64,000 nucleotides of DNA from an uncultured Bdellovibrio sp. (lineage in GTDB: Bacteria; Bdellovibrionota; Bdellovibrionia; Bdellovibrionales; Bdellovibrionaceae), in assembly GCA_963932905.1 (NCBI GenBank), contig CAWVRN010000001.1, positions 320,001 through 384,000 on the forward strand, written 5' to 3'. The notes beneath the pieces are model-generated. The model was not told the DNA's origin. It did not search any database and saw nothing but the letters and a program-made list of their open reading frames with translations. Below, piece after piece: positions 31,699 through 40,600 of the stretch. How positions within the stretch are numbered: position 1 is the stretch's first letter; every line of letters starts with the position of its first letter. Both the position numbers and the translations under genes were made by a program.

Positions 31699-31714
31699 TA
31701 AATGGCGGAGAGGG
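31699..31714 (-). repeat. att core copy 2 (tRNA-Ser 3' end)
   Basis: TAAATGGCGGAGAGGG, identical to 29835..29850. Confidence 0.75.
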
Positions 31715-32194
31715 CGTTTGTGGTGTAAGCGCTTGATATAATTGATCTCCATTTTTGTACCCTACCAATTCCTACCAACCGAAATGGACAAGTCGTTTTT
31801 CAAAATTATAATGTGACCCCCGTAATGGGTACCCAATGGCAGAAATACTTATTTTGAAATACTGTGGTTTTAATATTTATTCTAATAGTTTAGCCTCATT
31901 TGCTTGATGGTCGGTAAAGCCAACTTACCGACGAATAACCTACATCAAACCCCTGGATGACCCCTGGCGAATCTACGGGAAATCTGCGGTAATGAATAGG
32001 GTTTTCGATACAAGTTTGAAATGTTCTATTTAGCTTGTGTTTTTGGACAAGTTCATTTCCGTATATTGAAAACGCAATAGGTTCTTGACTTGAAAGTTAA
32101 GCTTAGTACTACAAATCATTTTAGATGTTATTGAACTGCAACACGAAAACATTCCTTTTCTAGACAACAAGATATGCAGTTGTAAGATGAAGAT

Positions 32195-33139
32195 ATGAAA
32201 AAAATCAAAAAGAGCAATTCGCTTTATAGATTCATCCATGGTGCTGTCCTCGAAAAAGGTCATATTTATATTGCCGGAATAGCGAAAGAGTTAGAAGATC
32301 GCAATGTCCCTCACACAATAATTTGGGAACGAATTGAGGGTGAGTGGAAGCGCTACCAGTGGAAAAATCGGACTTATGATATGGCCGCATTTGATAGCAA
32401 TGGAGGCACAGCAGTATATGTGGGTTTCGAGGGAACCTTAAAGGTTAGAAGTCTACAATTAGGATCTAGTATTGAAGTTCTAGACGCTGGAAATGATGGT
32501 CCGAGCTCTTTGCGTCCAGTTTCAAGCATTCGAGTGATTGGTGATTTTATATACGTCGTGGGAATGCGCCGGATGATTTATAGGCGCGCGCTCGACTCAA
32601 ATATATGGGATCGCTTTGACGAGAACCTTCGCCTCCCTCAAAATGATCTGTTAATTACTGGTTTAGATTCTATAGATGGTCTCAACGTAGAAAACCTTTA
32701 TTCAGTCGGCCGAAGCGGCGAAATCTGGCAGTATACAATGAACAATTGGTTAAAAGTTGACTCACCAACAAATGCTGATCTGTATGTGGTTCGATGTCTT
32801 CCCGAGGGAGGCGTTGTCATCGGGGGCAAAGATGGTGCTCTCTTTATAGGTGAGAATAACAAATGGAAGCAAATTAATCATACCTTTCCTGAAGAAACTT
32901 TCGTTGATGTCGAACTCTGGCAAAATCGGTGTTTTGTAAGATCAAGCAACGGCTCATTGTTTGAACTCGACTGGAAGAATAGACACGAATTAAATTTTAT
33001 CCAATTGCCTTCAGAATCACTCGTAATGAGTATGACTATTACCCCATCGAAAATCTATTTTTTTGGAGAGAACACAATTACTTCTTTAGATAAAAATGGA
33101 TGGAAAGACGAATCCCCTCCAGATAGCATTCTTTTATAA
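32195..33139 (+). CDS. beta-propeller-like hypothetical protein
   Basis: Repeated YVVG/YSVG/VIGG..G units with W; W..VDSPTNADL motif. Confidence 0.7.
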   Translation: MKKIKKSNSLYRFIHGAVLEKGHIYIAGIAKELEDRNVPHTIIWERIEGEWKRYQWKNRTYDMAAFDSNGGTAVYVGFEGTLKVRSLQLGSSIEVLDAGNDGPSSLRPVSSIRVIGDFIYVVGMRRMIYRRALDSNIWDRFDENLRLPQNDLLITGLDSIDGLNVENLYSVGRSGEIWQYTMNNWLKVDSPTNADLYVVRCLPEGGVVIGGKDGALFIGENNKWKQINHTFPEETFVDVELWQNRCFVRSSNGSLFELDWKNRHELNFIQLPSESLVMSMTITPSKIYFFGENTITSLDKNGWKDESPPDSILL

Positions 33140-33203
33140 TGGAATTAGAGCCTTGATGGTTTTTTACACCAAAGTCTCTAGTTTGAATTTCAAACCTTCA
33201 AAT

Positions 33204-33232
33204 AAAACGCTCTGCAAATCAGAGCGTTTTTT
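33204..33232 (+). terminator. intrinsic (possibly bidirectional) terminator
   Basis: AAAACGCTCTG-caaat-CAGAGCGTTTTTT; degenerate copy at about 29579..29606. Confidence 0.75.
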
Positions 33233-33467
33233 CATTTCCAGTATCTCCACCACAAATTTAAATTGAAACACAAGTTCGAACCCATGACCAAAACTCTTTG
33301 TGTTCCTGATCCTTGTTCAGAAACCCCCAAGCCCTACCAGACGCCTACCAAAATCCTACCAAATTATGAAATACCCAGAAATTTCTAGAAATACTGAACC
33401 AAAAACACTACTTGGCTAACACTTTATTTTGTTTTGAGATTTTTTATTTTTGAAAAAATGATTGTAA

Positions 33468-33483
33468 TAAATGGCGGATAGGA
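33468..33483 (-). repeat. att core copy 3; left boundary of the ICE
   Basis: TAAATGGCGGATAGGA (14/16 match to copies 1-2), 82 bp from the integrase stop. Confidence 0.7.
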
Positions 33484-33565
33484 TGGAAACCTAATCCAAT
33501 TAAGAACTTAGCAAGCCAAGTAGCCAGAAGGTAGCCAAGCCTTACGCAAAAGGCTTGGCGTCACG

Positions 33566-34699
33566 TTATGTCACTATCAAATCGACGGCTTTGGCAAAAG
33601 CTACTGATTCCGGAAGAACCTTTAAGCTATCAGTGGTGCCAGTGATTTCAATCCCTGCAAGACGGATGTATCGATTCATTGTATCTAAATCTTTCCAGCC
33701 GCCTACTTTCATGACTTGAATCGGGGGTACACCTTGCTTCATTAACTGGGTTGCAAAACACGCACGCAGAGTATGAAACCTTACGCTCGGTAAACCAATG
33801 CCTCCACAAAACTGTCTGAGCCGTTTAGCCTGTTCACCTTGATCCCATCTACTGAGTCTTGGGAGAACGTACGGCCGATCAGGATCAGATCTTTTCAACT
33901 CTCTCAACAGGGCCTCTAGTTCCGGCGATATCGTTACAAATCGCCAGTAGCCAGCCTTTGTTGATTTTGTGCGCTTGGTTCGAGTGTCATAGGATTTAGT
34001 GACATGAATTAATTTATCTTCAAAATTCACGTCTTCCCACAACAAGGCATGCAATTCACCGTTTCGCATTCCTGTTAATAGGGCCACCGCCCAAATCGGA
34101 TACCACTCATGTTTTAAATTCTTAGCTTGAGTCATCAAAGTTCTTATCTGAGATAGATTTAATATCTCCGGAAGTTTGTCCTCTTGCTTTGGAAACTTAA
34201 AACTATGCATTGGACAAATAATCATTGGACTAATCAAACGATGCTTAGCTGCAAAATCATAAACTCGAATAATCACAGCTTTTATGATTTTCTGATGCCC
34301 TTGTGAAAGTCCCTTTTTTGTCAAATCACTAAAAAGTTCATGGCCATCAGCTAAACTAATATCACCAACAAATTTTGAGTTCCAGTGATTACAATGCCGC
34401 CTGATGCTAGCGATGTAGTCAATCCTTGTAGTCTCTTTTAAATTTTGAGCTTTTGCAGATAGCAAAAACTCTTCAAATTTATCCACCACATTCTTCCAGA
34501 CTTGTCCGGTGTTTTCTCTTTGCCAAAGTTCGCGCTGACATTCTTTTGTTAACTGGGCCTCTGCTCGAAGAGCTTCGGCCTGGGTTTTTAAATTGTTTTT
34601 TCGTTTCTGCAACCTTCCGCCACCATTTGTGGACCTGATATTGACATAAACTGAAAATCGCATTTGTCCTGAGTCTTTATCCAAATAAGATTGAATCAT
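33566..34699 (-). CDS. int: tyrosine recombinase/integrase
   Basis: TGMRNGE (R), TK (K), FHTLR (HxxR), GGW, RY catalytic residues. Confidence 0.95.
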   Translation of the reverse strand: MIQSYLDKDSGQMRFSVYVNIRSTNGGGRLQKRKNNLKTQAEALRAEAQLTKECQRELWQRENTGQVWKNVVDKFEEFLLSAKAQNLKETTRIDYIASIRRHCNHWNSKFVGDISLADGHELFSDLTKKGLSQGHQKIIKAVIIRVYDFAAKHRLISPMIICPMHSFKFPKQEDKLPEILNLSQIRTLMTQAKNLKHEWYPIWAVALLTGMRNGELHALLWEDVNFEDKLIHVTKSYDTRTKRTKSTKAGYWRFVTISPELEALLRELKRSDPDRPYVLPRLSRWDQGEQAKRLRQFCGGIGLPSVRFHTLRACFATQLMKQGVPPIQVMKVGGWKDLDTMNRYIRLAGIEITGTTDSLKVLPESVAFAKAVDLIVT

Positions 34700-34953
34700 A
34701 AATTATTCTCCATTCCGCTTGGACGGAGTAACTTTTCAACATCTCTTTTCTGAAACCTGAGTTTGCGACCCAACTTGTAGAACTTAATTTGTCTTCGCCA
34801 AACCATATTGCGAATTTGTCCTACAGATACCCTCAAAAACAATGCAGCTTCACGCGACGTTAACCATTCTAACCGATTGTCAAAGAACGAAGAAACTAGT
34901 GGTTCCTCAATTGAGGAGTTAGCCTCTCTTTCTTTAGTTATATCGAATTTCAC
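34696..34953 (-). CDS. xis: excisionase-like HTH_17 protein
   Basis: WLTSREAALFLRVS..IRNMV...I..YKLGRKLRF; ATGA overlap with int. Confidence 0.85.
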   Translation of the reverse strand: MKFDITKEREANSSIEEPLVSSFFDNRLEWLTSREAALFLRVSVGQIRNMVWRRQIKFYKLGRKLRFQKRDVEKLLRPSGMENNL

Positions 34954-35034
34954 TAAAAAAATCTATTCTATTTTTAGAAAACAAAAGTTCAGATGCGATG
35001 CTCGTAGTGTGAGATAATTTATTTTTAAATATCA

Positions 35035-35403
35035 CTATTGCGACCCCTTATCCTGCCTATCGGTTTTTAAGTCGACATTACTCACGATAGTCGAATCGCC
35101 TTTTGATTGCGTGCGGACTCGTGGCGTTTTATTCACTACACTGGCCGCTAACGACTCCCTCAGCGCAGCAATAAGCTCCTCATTACTAGCGCTCTTTTTT
35201 AGATTCTCACGTACAAGTTTTGATAGATTGGTGAAGGCTTTAGCCATATCCGACCTTGAAGACTTAAAATGTTTTGCACCAAACTCTCGAACAATCCAAG
35301 ATGTAACCTCCGAAGGGGTCGCGCTGACCCCTTTATTTGTCTTTAGTTCCTTAATCATCTTTTTTAAATCATCGGCCGCATCACTTGATAGAATGACTCG
35401 CAT
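35035..35403 (-). CDS. hypothetical protein (possible RHH-like DNA-binding)
   Basis: Co-oriented in the ICE operon; beta-helix-helix-like N-terminus. Confidence 0.55.
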   Translation of the reverse strand: MRVILSSDAADDLKKMIKELKTNKGVSATPSEVTSWIVREFGAKHFKSSRSDMAKAFTNLSKLVRENLKKSASNEELIAALRESLAASVVNKTPRVRTQSKGDSTIVSNVDLKTDRQDKGSQ

Positions 35404-35409
35404 CAGATT

Positions 35410-35880
35410 TTATTTCCCACGCGTAGGCATCTTTTTTTGTCGCTTTGCCCATTCAGGTCTTTCAACAATAACTGATTCGCAGTGGGCCTCAATTAGCTTG
35501 TTTCCTTTGACATCAGAATCAAAGCACTGCGTTTCAACTTTTGGTTGAGTTACAAAGTAATCGCCTGGATCGGCTTCACTGCTAGCCATACTTGGCCGAG
35601 ACACATTGAACCGATCTAGATTCAATAAAGTTTCCTGCCGAATACGATTGTCTCTATCCTCAAGACTGCCGTGGATAAAATAACTTGCGGCAAGTCCAAT
35701 GGCCGCGCCAAACATAGCTCCGTTATTTTTGGCGCTATCATTGTCTCTATCGATTTGGCTATTAATAGCTGCTCCACTAATTGCTCCTATACCAGTACCT
35801 AGTAACAATGATTCTTTCATCGTAGTACATCCCATTAGCGATATTGTACCAACACCCAATATTATATTTCGTATATTCAT
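35410..35880 (-). CDS. lipoprotein with glycine-zipper segment (conjugation-associated)
   Basis: LMGC lipobox; GTGIGAISGA...GAMFGAAIG; RBS AGGA. Confidence 0.7.
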   Translation of the reverse strand: MNIRNIILGVGTISLMGCTTMKESLLLGTGIGAISGAAINSQIDRDNDSAKNNGAMFGAAIGLAASYFIHGSLEDRDNRIRQETLLNLDRFNVSRPSMASSEADPGDYFVTQPKVETQCFDSDVKGNKLIEAHCESVIVERPEWAKRQKKMPTRGK

Positions 35881-35972
35881 AATTATCCTTCTAGAATTTT
35901 AAATTCCATATATTTAAAACTGACTCTAACTTTTGGTTGTCAGTTGCTCGTAATTTCAATTGTTTACAAAGA

Positions 35973-36011
35973 TTTTACTAACGGCGCGCCGCCAGTGCGC
36001 CGCTAGTAAAA
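35973..36011. other. GC-rich inverted repeat (oriT candidate or terminator)
   Basis: TTTTACTAACGGCGC-9nt-GCGCCGCTAGTAAAA, 14 of 15 paired, 7 nt past the relaxase stop. Confidence 0.5.
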
Positions 36012-36018
36012 CTAGTCA

Positions 36019-36762
36019 CTATTTGATTCCTAAAGTGACCTGATTTCTGTTTTTAAATGTCATTGATTTTGCAAGTGGTCTGAGGTCATGAAACAAAATA
36101 AAATACATTTTTGAATGGCCTTCAGGATGAATCTCTCGCTCGATCTGCTGAATTGCTTTCATTGTTGATTCGTCTTTGCAGAAATAAAACACTAAATCTA
36201 TGCTAGCATTGACATAGTAATACAAAATTTTGTCCCTATAGCGATCGATCCACTTCTTTGTGGGCTCATACTCAATCGCCACCGATTTTAGTTTTCCGTT
36301 CATATTTATAAATGCCGCCGCGTCAGATTTCATATTAATAAATGGCTTAAGACGTTCATCAGACTGCAAATGACTAAAACACTGTAGCATATTTTCTGTA
36401 TAATACACGTCCAACATTATTGATTTTTCAATGCGGTATCTAATATCAACTAATCCTGCATCATGTTCAAATGTGTAAGAATGAGTTGGTTTCTGCACAA
36501 ACTCCGCATCATAGATTTTCATCCCATACTCTAGGCCCGAGTCCGTAAGCTCGTAGAAAATATCATTTTTACTAATTCGTTTTTGCATTTTATCGCTAAT
36601 AAAACCGATATTCAGTAATCGCTTCAGGCATCGACTAAGACTCTTTTTACCTACACTTGGAAAAACTTGTCGGTGAATTTGATTTCTGGTCATTACCTTG
36701 TTTTCAATGAGGCCCCTTAACAAGAACCTCTCTCTGTCAGTCAGAATTGGATTCTTAGCCAA
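36019..36762 (-). CDS. Replication-relaxation (Replic_Relax-like) protein, putative relaxase
   Basis: LTDRE..L wHTH start, YELT..G, EHD, SDA, VAIEYE..K...RY..K...Y. Confidence 0.75.
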   Translation of the reverse strand: MAKNPILTDRERFLLRGLIENKVMTRNQIHRQVFPSVGKKSLSRCLKRLLNIGFISDKMQKRISKNDIFYELTDSGLEYGMKIYDAEFVQKPTHSYTFEHDAGLVDIRYRIEKSIMLDVYYTENMLQCFSHLQSDERLKPFINMKSDAAAFINMNGKLKSVAIEYEPTKKWIDRYRDKILYYYVNASIDLVFYFCKDESTMKAIQQIEREIHPEGHSKMYFILFHDLRPLAKSMTFKNRNQVTLGIK

Positions 36763-36776
36763 TTTTATTTACTTTT

Positions 36777-38252
36777 TTATGTAGGTTCAGGTCCACTAGT
36801 CACTTCAACCGTTGCTTTAAATGGCAATGAGAAATTTGATCTTGCGCCGGTTTCAAATTCCATTTTGATCTTATTGATTTCATCTTTGAGTACTTCCTCT
36901 TTTACAAACGGAGTTTGCACTTCCGTAAAAGTGGTACCATTTGCCCATATTGCGCGCCCTTTGACATCGGGAAGTTCAAACGCCATTTTATTTCCAAGCA
37001 CGGTCATCGATCCCTGGAGTGTGTTGGCTCTGAAACAAATTCGGCCGCCCATGTTCTCTTGAATCTTTGTATCAATTGTATCTGTGGTCACTTTTTGAGT
37101 TGCAATAATGAGATTCATTTTAGCCGCTCGTCCTAGTTTTGCTAAATCGTCAGTGAGTTCTCGAGCTTGAGTTACATTTTTCGCACGCTCCTTACTGACT
37201 TTTGTCTTTCCATAAAGGACCGATGCCTCATCGACAGCTATGACAATATAGTCTTTCTTGTCATTTTCTGGATCAATTGCAATACGTCCATTTTTTTCTA
37301 GCAGATCAAAGCGATGGATCATTTCCTGCCTAAGTTTGGCTAGAAGTAAGTTAGCTTCAATTTCAGTTTTAGCAATGCTGACATTTGGTAGGCATGAAAA
37401 CTCTTTGGCTTCGATGCCTTTTTTTAGATCCAAAATGTAGACTTGAACATTTTTCGTGCTCTTTATTAGACTCAGCAGTGTTTGTTTAAAGAAATTACTT
37501 TTACCTCCACCGGAAGCCCCGGCTATCATCATGTGTGGAAGAGTCGACAACTCTTGAACTTGAATACCCCCTAGAGATTCTCCAATAGGAAACGAAAGTG
37601 ATTCGGTAATATACTTAGCCGTCTCCGAATAAGGTAACATAGTCGGTATAATCTTAGTCGTGCTTAAAATTTCAATAAACTTATTGTTCGCTGTTGTCCT
37701 AATTGATTCCACGGTGGCTCCCAAAGCCATTTCAAGATCTGACTTTTTCTCTAGATACCGGTCAACACCTATTCCAATACTTGAAACCAAAATCCTTTGC
37801 CTATGTTCATCTAAATTCACTACTTTGCTCACAATAGGCTCCCTACCTTGGGCGGTTTTTAAACCAAGGTGTCCAAGCGCCTGAGAAATCTCTTTCTTTT
37901 TATCTTTTGTAAAAAGGCCATACAAGAATCCCAGAAAGGCAATTGGACTAACAATTAATAGCAACGTATGAATCACAATTGGTAGCGGCATTTCTTCTAC
38001 GAGTATTTCAACCACCGTCGGCGTGAACACATTTGGAAACAATAAATGTAACAATTTGAGATGCTTGTAGTTCGAAAAAACAGTCAAGAAACTTATCCAG
38101 CTCCAAACAAAAGTCATAAAGTATAGACTCTTAAATCGGTCAAAAAGCTCTGCTATCCCCCGTATACTAATTCCTGCCAGAAAGGAGACAACTTTCATCA
38201 TATCGTCAAACCCTTTAGTGGAATGACCAGCCTTAGATTTTATTTGTGTCAT
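36777..38252 (-). CDS. FtsK/SpoIIIE-type ATPase with N-terminal TM segments, putative coupling protein
   Basis: PHMMIAGASGGGKS Walker A, DLK.G.E, VDEA Walker B, GRAA..NLIIATQK, RICF. Confidence 0.88.
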   Translation of the reverse strand: MTQIKSKAGHSTKGFDDMMKVVSFLAGISIRGIAELFDRFKSLYFMTFVWSWISFLTVFSNYKHLKLLHLLFPNVFTPTVVEILVEEMPLPIVIHTLLLIVSPIAFLGFLYGLFTKDKKKEISQALGHLGLKTAQGREPIVSKVVNLDEHRQRILVSSIGIGVDRYLEKKSDLEMALGATVESIRTTANNKFIEILSTTKIIPTMLPYSETAKYITESLSFPIGESLGGIQVQELSTLPHMMIAGASGGGKSNFFKQTLLSLIKSTKNVQVYILDLKKGIEAKEFSCLPNVSIAKTEIEANLLLAKLRQEMIHRFDLLEKNGRIAIDPENDKKDYIVIAVDEASVLYGKTKVSKERAKNVTQARELTDDLAKLGRAAKMNLIIATQKVTTDTIDTKIQENMGGRICFRANTLQGSMTVLGNKMAFELPDVKGRAIWANGTTFTEVQTPFVKEEVLKDEINKIKMEFETGARSNFSLPFKATVEVTSGPEPT

Positions 38253-39250
38253 TTTTCCACATAAGTTTTTGTTAAGCTCACAATGACATCTCGCCCGGCG
38301 GGAACGGTGATATAGTCCTCGGTATCCTTAAAGGATTCGATCTGCCGGTTAGCTTCTTCCTGGGCCGAAGTAGACAAACCCTTTTTAATGGCATTTTCAA
38401 TACTCGCTTTAGGCATTGATTGCCCTAATGAGTTCATAGTTTCGCGCTCCATCATTATGTCACTAGCACCTGAGGCAACACTTAACCCCAGAGCAGCAAA
38501 TACCCGAGTGTCCGACTCAGTGTTTGTATCACCAGCGATTCCGGTGGAATAATTTTTAGGGTCCAAAACTTGGGCGCTAATATCAAATTCCTGCTCAGAT
38601 GGAAATAGGCCCTTGTTGATTTGGATACTGACTTTGCGTCCTCGTCCTGAATACATAACCTGTCCAAAAAGGACGGTGCCTTTTTCCAGTTCAGTTCCAT
38701 ACTTTGACCGGCCACCATAAGGTAATAAGATTTTTATTATTTGCCCTGGCTCACGAGTATCAACTGCCGTTAAAGTTTTTCCGATCATATTAGTTCCAAT
38801 CGGAATGCTTCGCTCTGGATCACTAGCTCCGTCTCTGACAATAACTTGACTGGCTTTTAAGTTAATCTTTGCCGCCTGCATACCTGACGTTGATCGATCT
38901 TTATTTCCCTTTGCGCTGCTTTTCGCTGAGGATTTTCCGTCACCTAAAATTTTTTTGGCTGTATCTGAGTACGTTCGCCTGTTGTCATGATTTACATTTG
39001 ACTCATTTTTATCGCGTTCTTTGCCGCTATTAACAAGTCGTTTCTCCGATTGCCCTAGAAAACTTGTGTCTTCTTTGTCTGACAATATGAATGCTGTAAT
39101 AATCATCAAAAACAAAATAGGGCCTCCTATGAGGCCCACTCGCTTTAAGTTTACGACGTTTTTTTCACCATTTCGTTTTAAAAAGTACGACTTGATATCG
39201 GAAATTTTTCCTTTAAATAGGTTCCATCTATTTTTTTTGACTGAGTTTAT
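38249..39250 (-). CDS. VirB10/TrbI-like T4SS core protein; probable start at ATA 39250 (first canonical start GTG 39139)
   Basis: Single TM, linker, IPIGT...GTVLFG...YITVPAGRDVIVSL C-domain; operon position. Confidence 0.75.
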   Translation of the reverse strand: MNSVKKNRWNLFKGKISDIKSYFLKRNGEKNVVNLKRVGLIGGPILFLMIITAFILSDKEDTSFLGQSEKRLVNSGKERDKNESNVNHDNRRTYSDTAKKILGDGKSSAKSSAKGNKDRSTSGMQAAKINLKASQVIVRDGASDPERSIPIGTNMIGKTLTAVDTREPGQIIKILLPYGGRSKYGTELEKGTVLFGQVMYSGRGRKVSIQINKGLFPSEQEFDISAQVLDPKNYSTGIAGDTNTESDTRVFAALGLSVASGASDIMMERETMNSLGQSMPKASIENAIKKGLSTSAQEEANRQIESFKDTEDYITVPAGRDVIVSLTKTYVEK

Positions 39251-39996
39251 AAAAACTCCTTTTTCAATAGAAAACTTTGATTTTCATTTGGCAACGATAT
39301 CAGTACTTTAGCATCTCGTTTTGAATCACTAGAAAAAAGGACCCGTACTTTAACCCGCTCATTGCTTTCAATTTGAGATTTTTCTTTCACGATCACTTGC
39401 TTATCCAAAGTCGCTCCATCTCGAGTGACCAATAGTTTTAAATCCTTAAGATCCAATTTATTTTTCGATGAATTCAATGCAAATAGATCTAAAGCATTTA
39501 GCTTCACTCCTTGAATGGATTGGATAGAATCGGGTCTAAGAATCAAGCCGTTCTTGAATTTTACTTCTATGCCGCGAATTTCTTTTTTCTCCGAACTAGC
39601 AAGGGCTCGATAACTAAATACCGGCCGCTGTTGATTTACTGAATCCCATTCTACCTTTACAAGGTCATCATGACTTTTATTCCCAACAATAAGATAGAAT
39701 CCATAGGTTCGATTTTCCGAATAGACAAACATATTGGTTTTAATTTGTCCGTGTGGCTGAATGGCAATATCATTTTCAATAAACTCAATGCCGAAATAGT
39801 TTTGATTTCCAATTACTATTTTCTTTGGCTTATCTTTAAATCTTAATACCGTTGATTTTCCTAGGCTTAGATTAATCGATTCCATTGAGCTAGGCCCTGC
39901 CACGATAGTCCTAACACCTCCCGCTAAAGCCATGTGGCACAGCGCCAATATCCCTAGTAATAGCACCAATAGCCTAATCGCCTTTTGCACCTTCAT
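39247..39996 (-). CDS. VirB9/TrbG-like periplasmic T4SS protein
   Basis: Signal peptide; INLSLGKSTVLRF..KP..IVIGN, TNMFVYS..RTY.F.L. Confidence 0.7.
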   Translation of the reverse strand: MKVQKAIRLLVLLLGILALCHMALAGGVRTIVAGPSSMESINLSLGKSTVLRFKDKPKKIVIGNQNYFGIEFIENDIAIQPHGQIKTNMFVYSENRTYGFYLIVGNKSHDDLVKVEWDSVNQQRPVFSYRALASSEKKEIRGIEVKFKNGLILRPDSIQSIQGVKLNALDLFALNSSKNKLDLKDLKLLVTRDGATLDKQVIVKEKSQIESNERVKVRVLFSSDSKRDAKVLISLPNENQSFLLKKEFL

Positions 39997-40600
39997 GCTC
40001 GATGATACCATTTACGTATAGACCAAGCAGATTCCAATTCGTAACAGGTCCATCAACAATTTGAAAAGAGGCCTCACAAGGGACCACTAGCGGTATGCCC
40101 GAAATGCGAAGTACTTTATCGTATGTAGCCGTAATTTCCTTTTCGTTCACGTTGATTTTAACATGGGCGATGTCCTGTGAAACGGATTGGTTTTTAAAAT
40201 CCCGATCTCGCCTTTGAAGAAGCTGAATATTAATTTTTTCAGACAAAGCATCGCTAGTGAATGGACCTATTTCTTTTATGATTTTATCAGGATCAAGTTT
40301 TTCCCATTTAAAATATAGAAATAAATATTCCGTTAGAAAGCGACTAATTTGTTCTTCATCAATCTTAAAAGGCTTAGACTCACTTTTAAGCGGTATTTTA
40401 CTTGATCCGTCGTCATAAATCACAAGCGGTGATTTCAGCGATTGAAATAAAACCACGCACAGTAAAAGCATTCCTATACCGGCACAAATAGCGCCAATCC
40501 ATTTGTAAAGCCGTAGCTGATTATTTGTATCAATCCAGTGATCAAGAGTTGATCTTACAGTTTTTAAGTTTTCTTTTTTTAAACTATCTTCGTTTGTCAT
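39974..40600 (-). CDS. VirB8-like T4SS protein
   Basis: Single TM then NTF2-like domain ending N.LGLYV. Confidence 0.7.
   Translation of the reverse strand: MTNEDSLKKENLKTVRSTLDHWIDTNNQLRLYKWIGAICAGIGMLLLCVVLFQSLKSPLVIYDDGSSKIPLKSESKPFKIDEEQISRFLTEYLFLYFKWEKLDPDKIIKEIGPFTSDALSEKINIQLLQRRDRDFKNQSVSQDIAHVKINVNEKEITATYDKVLRISGIPLVVPCEASFQIVDGPVTNWNLLGLYVNGIIEHEGAKGD

Larger units (their letters stand above)
29851..31714. mobile_element. 1864-bp integrase-less att-bounded cassette carrying a serine protease
   Basis: Bounded by exact 16-bp direct repeats; TGTAGYAA repeats near both ends. Confidence 0.7.
31715..33483. mobile_element. 1769-bp integrase-less att-bounded cassette carrying a beta-propeller gene
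   Basis: Between att copies 2 and 3; CCTACCA repeats near both ends. Confidence 0.7.
33178..33483. repeat. about 300-bp element end, copy 2
   Basis: Homologous to 29553..29850. Confidence 0.9.

Noticed and set aside
29084..33483. Integron or CRISPR interpretation of the repeats
   Set aside because: No attC-type RYYYAAC...GTTRRRY palindromes, no IntI-type integrase, no regular repeat-spacer period and no cas genes.
29835..33483. Intact tRNA-Ser genes at the att cores
   Set aside because: Only about 12 nt of the 3' end match; adjacent sequence has no T-loop (GTTCGAATC) or cloverleaf.
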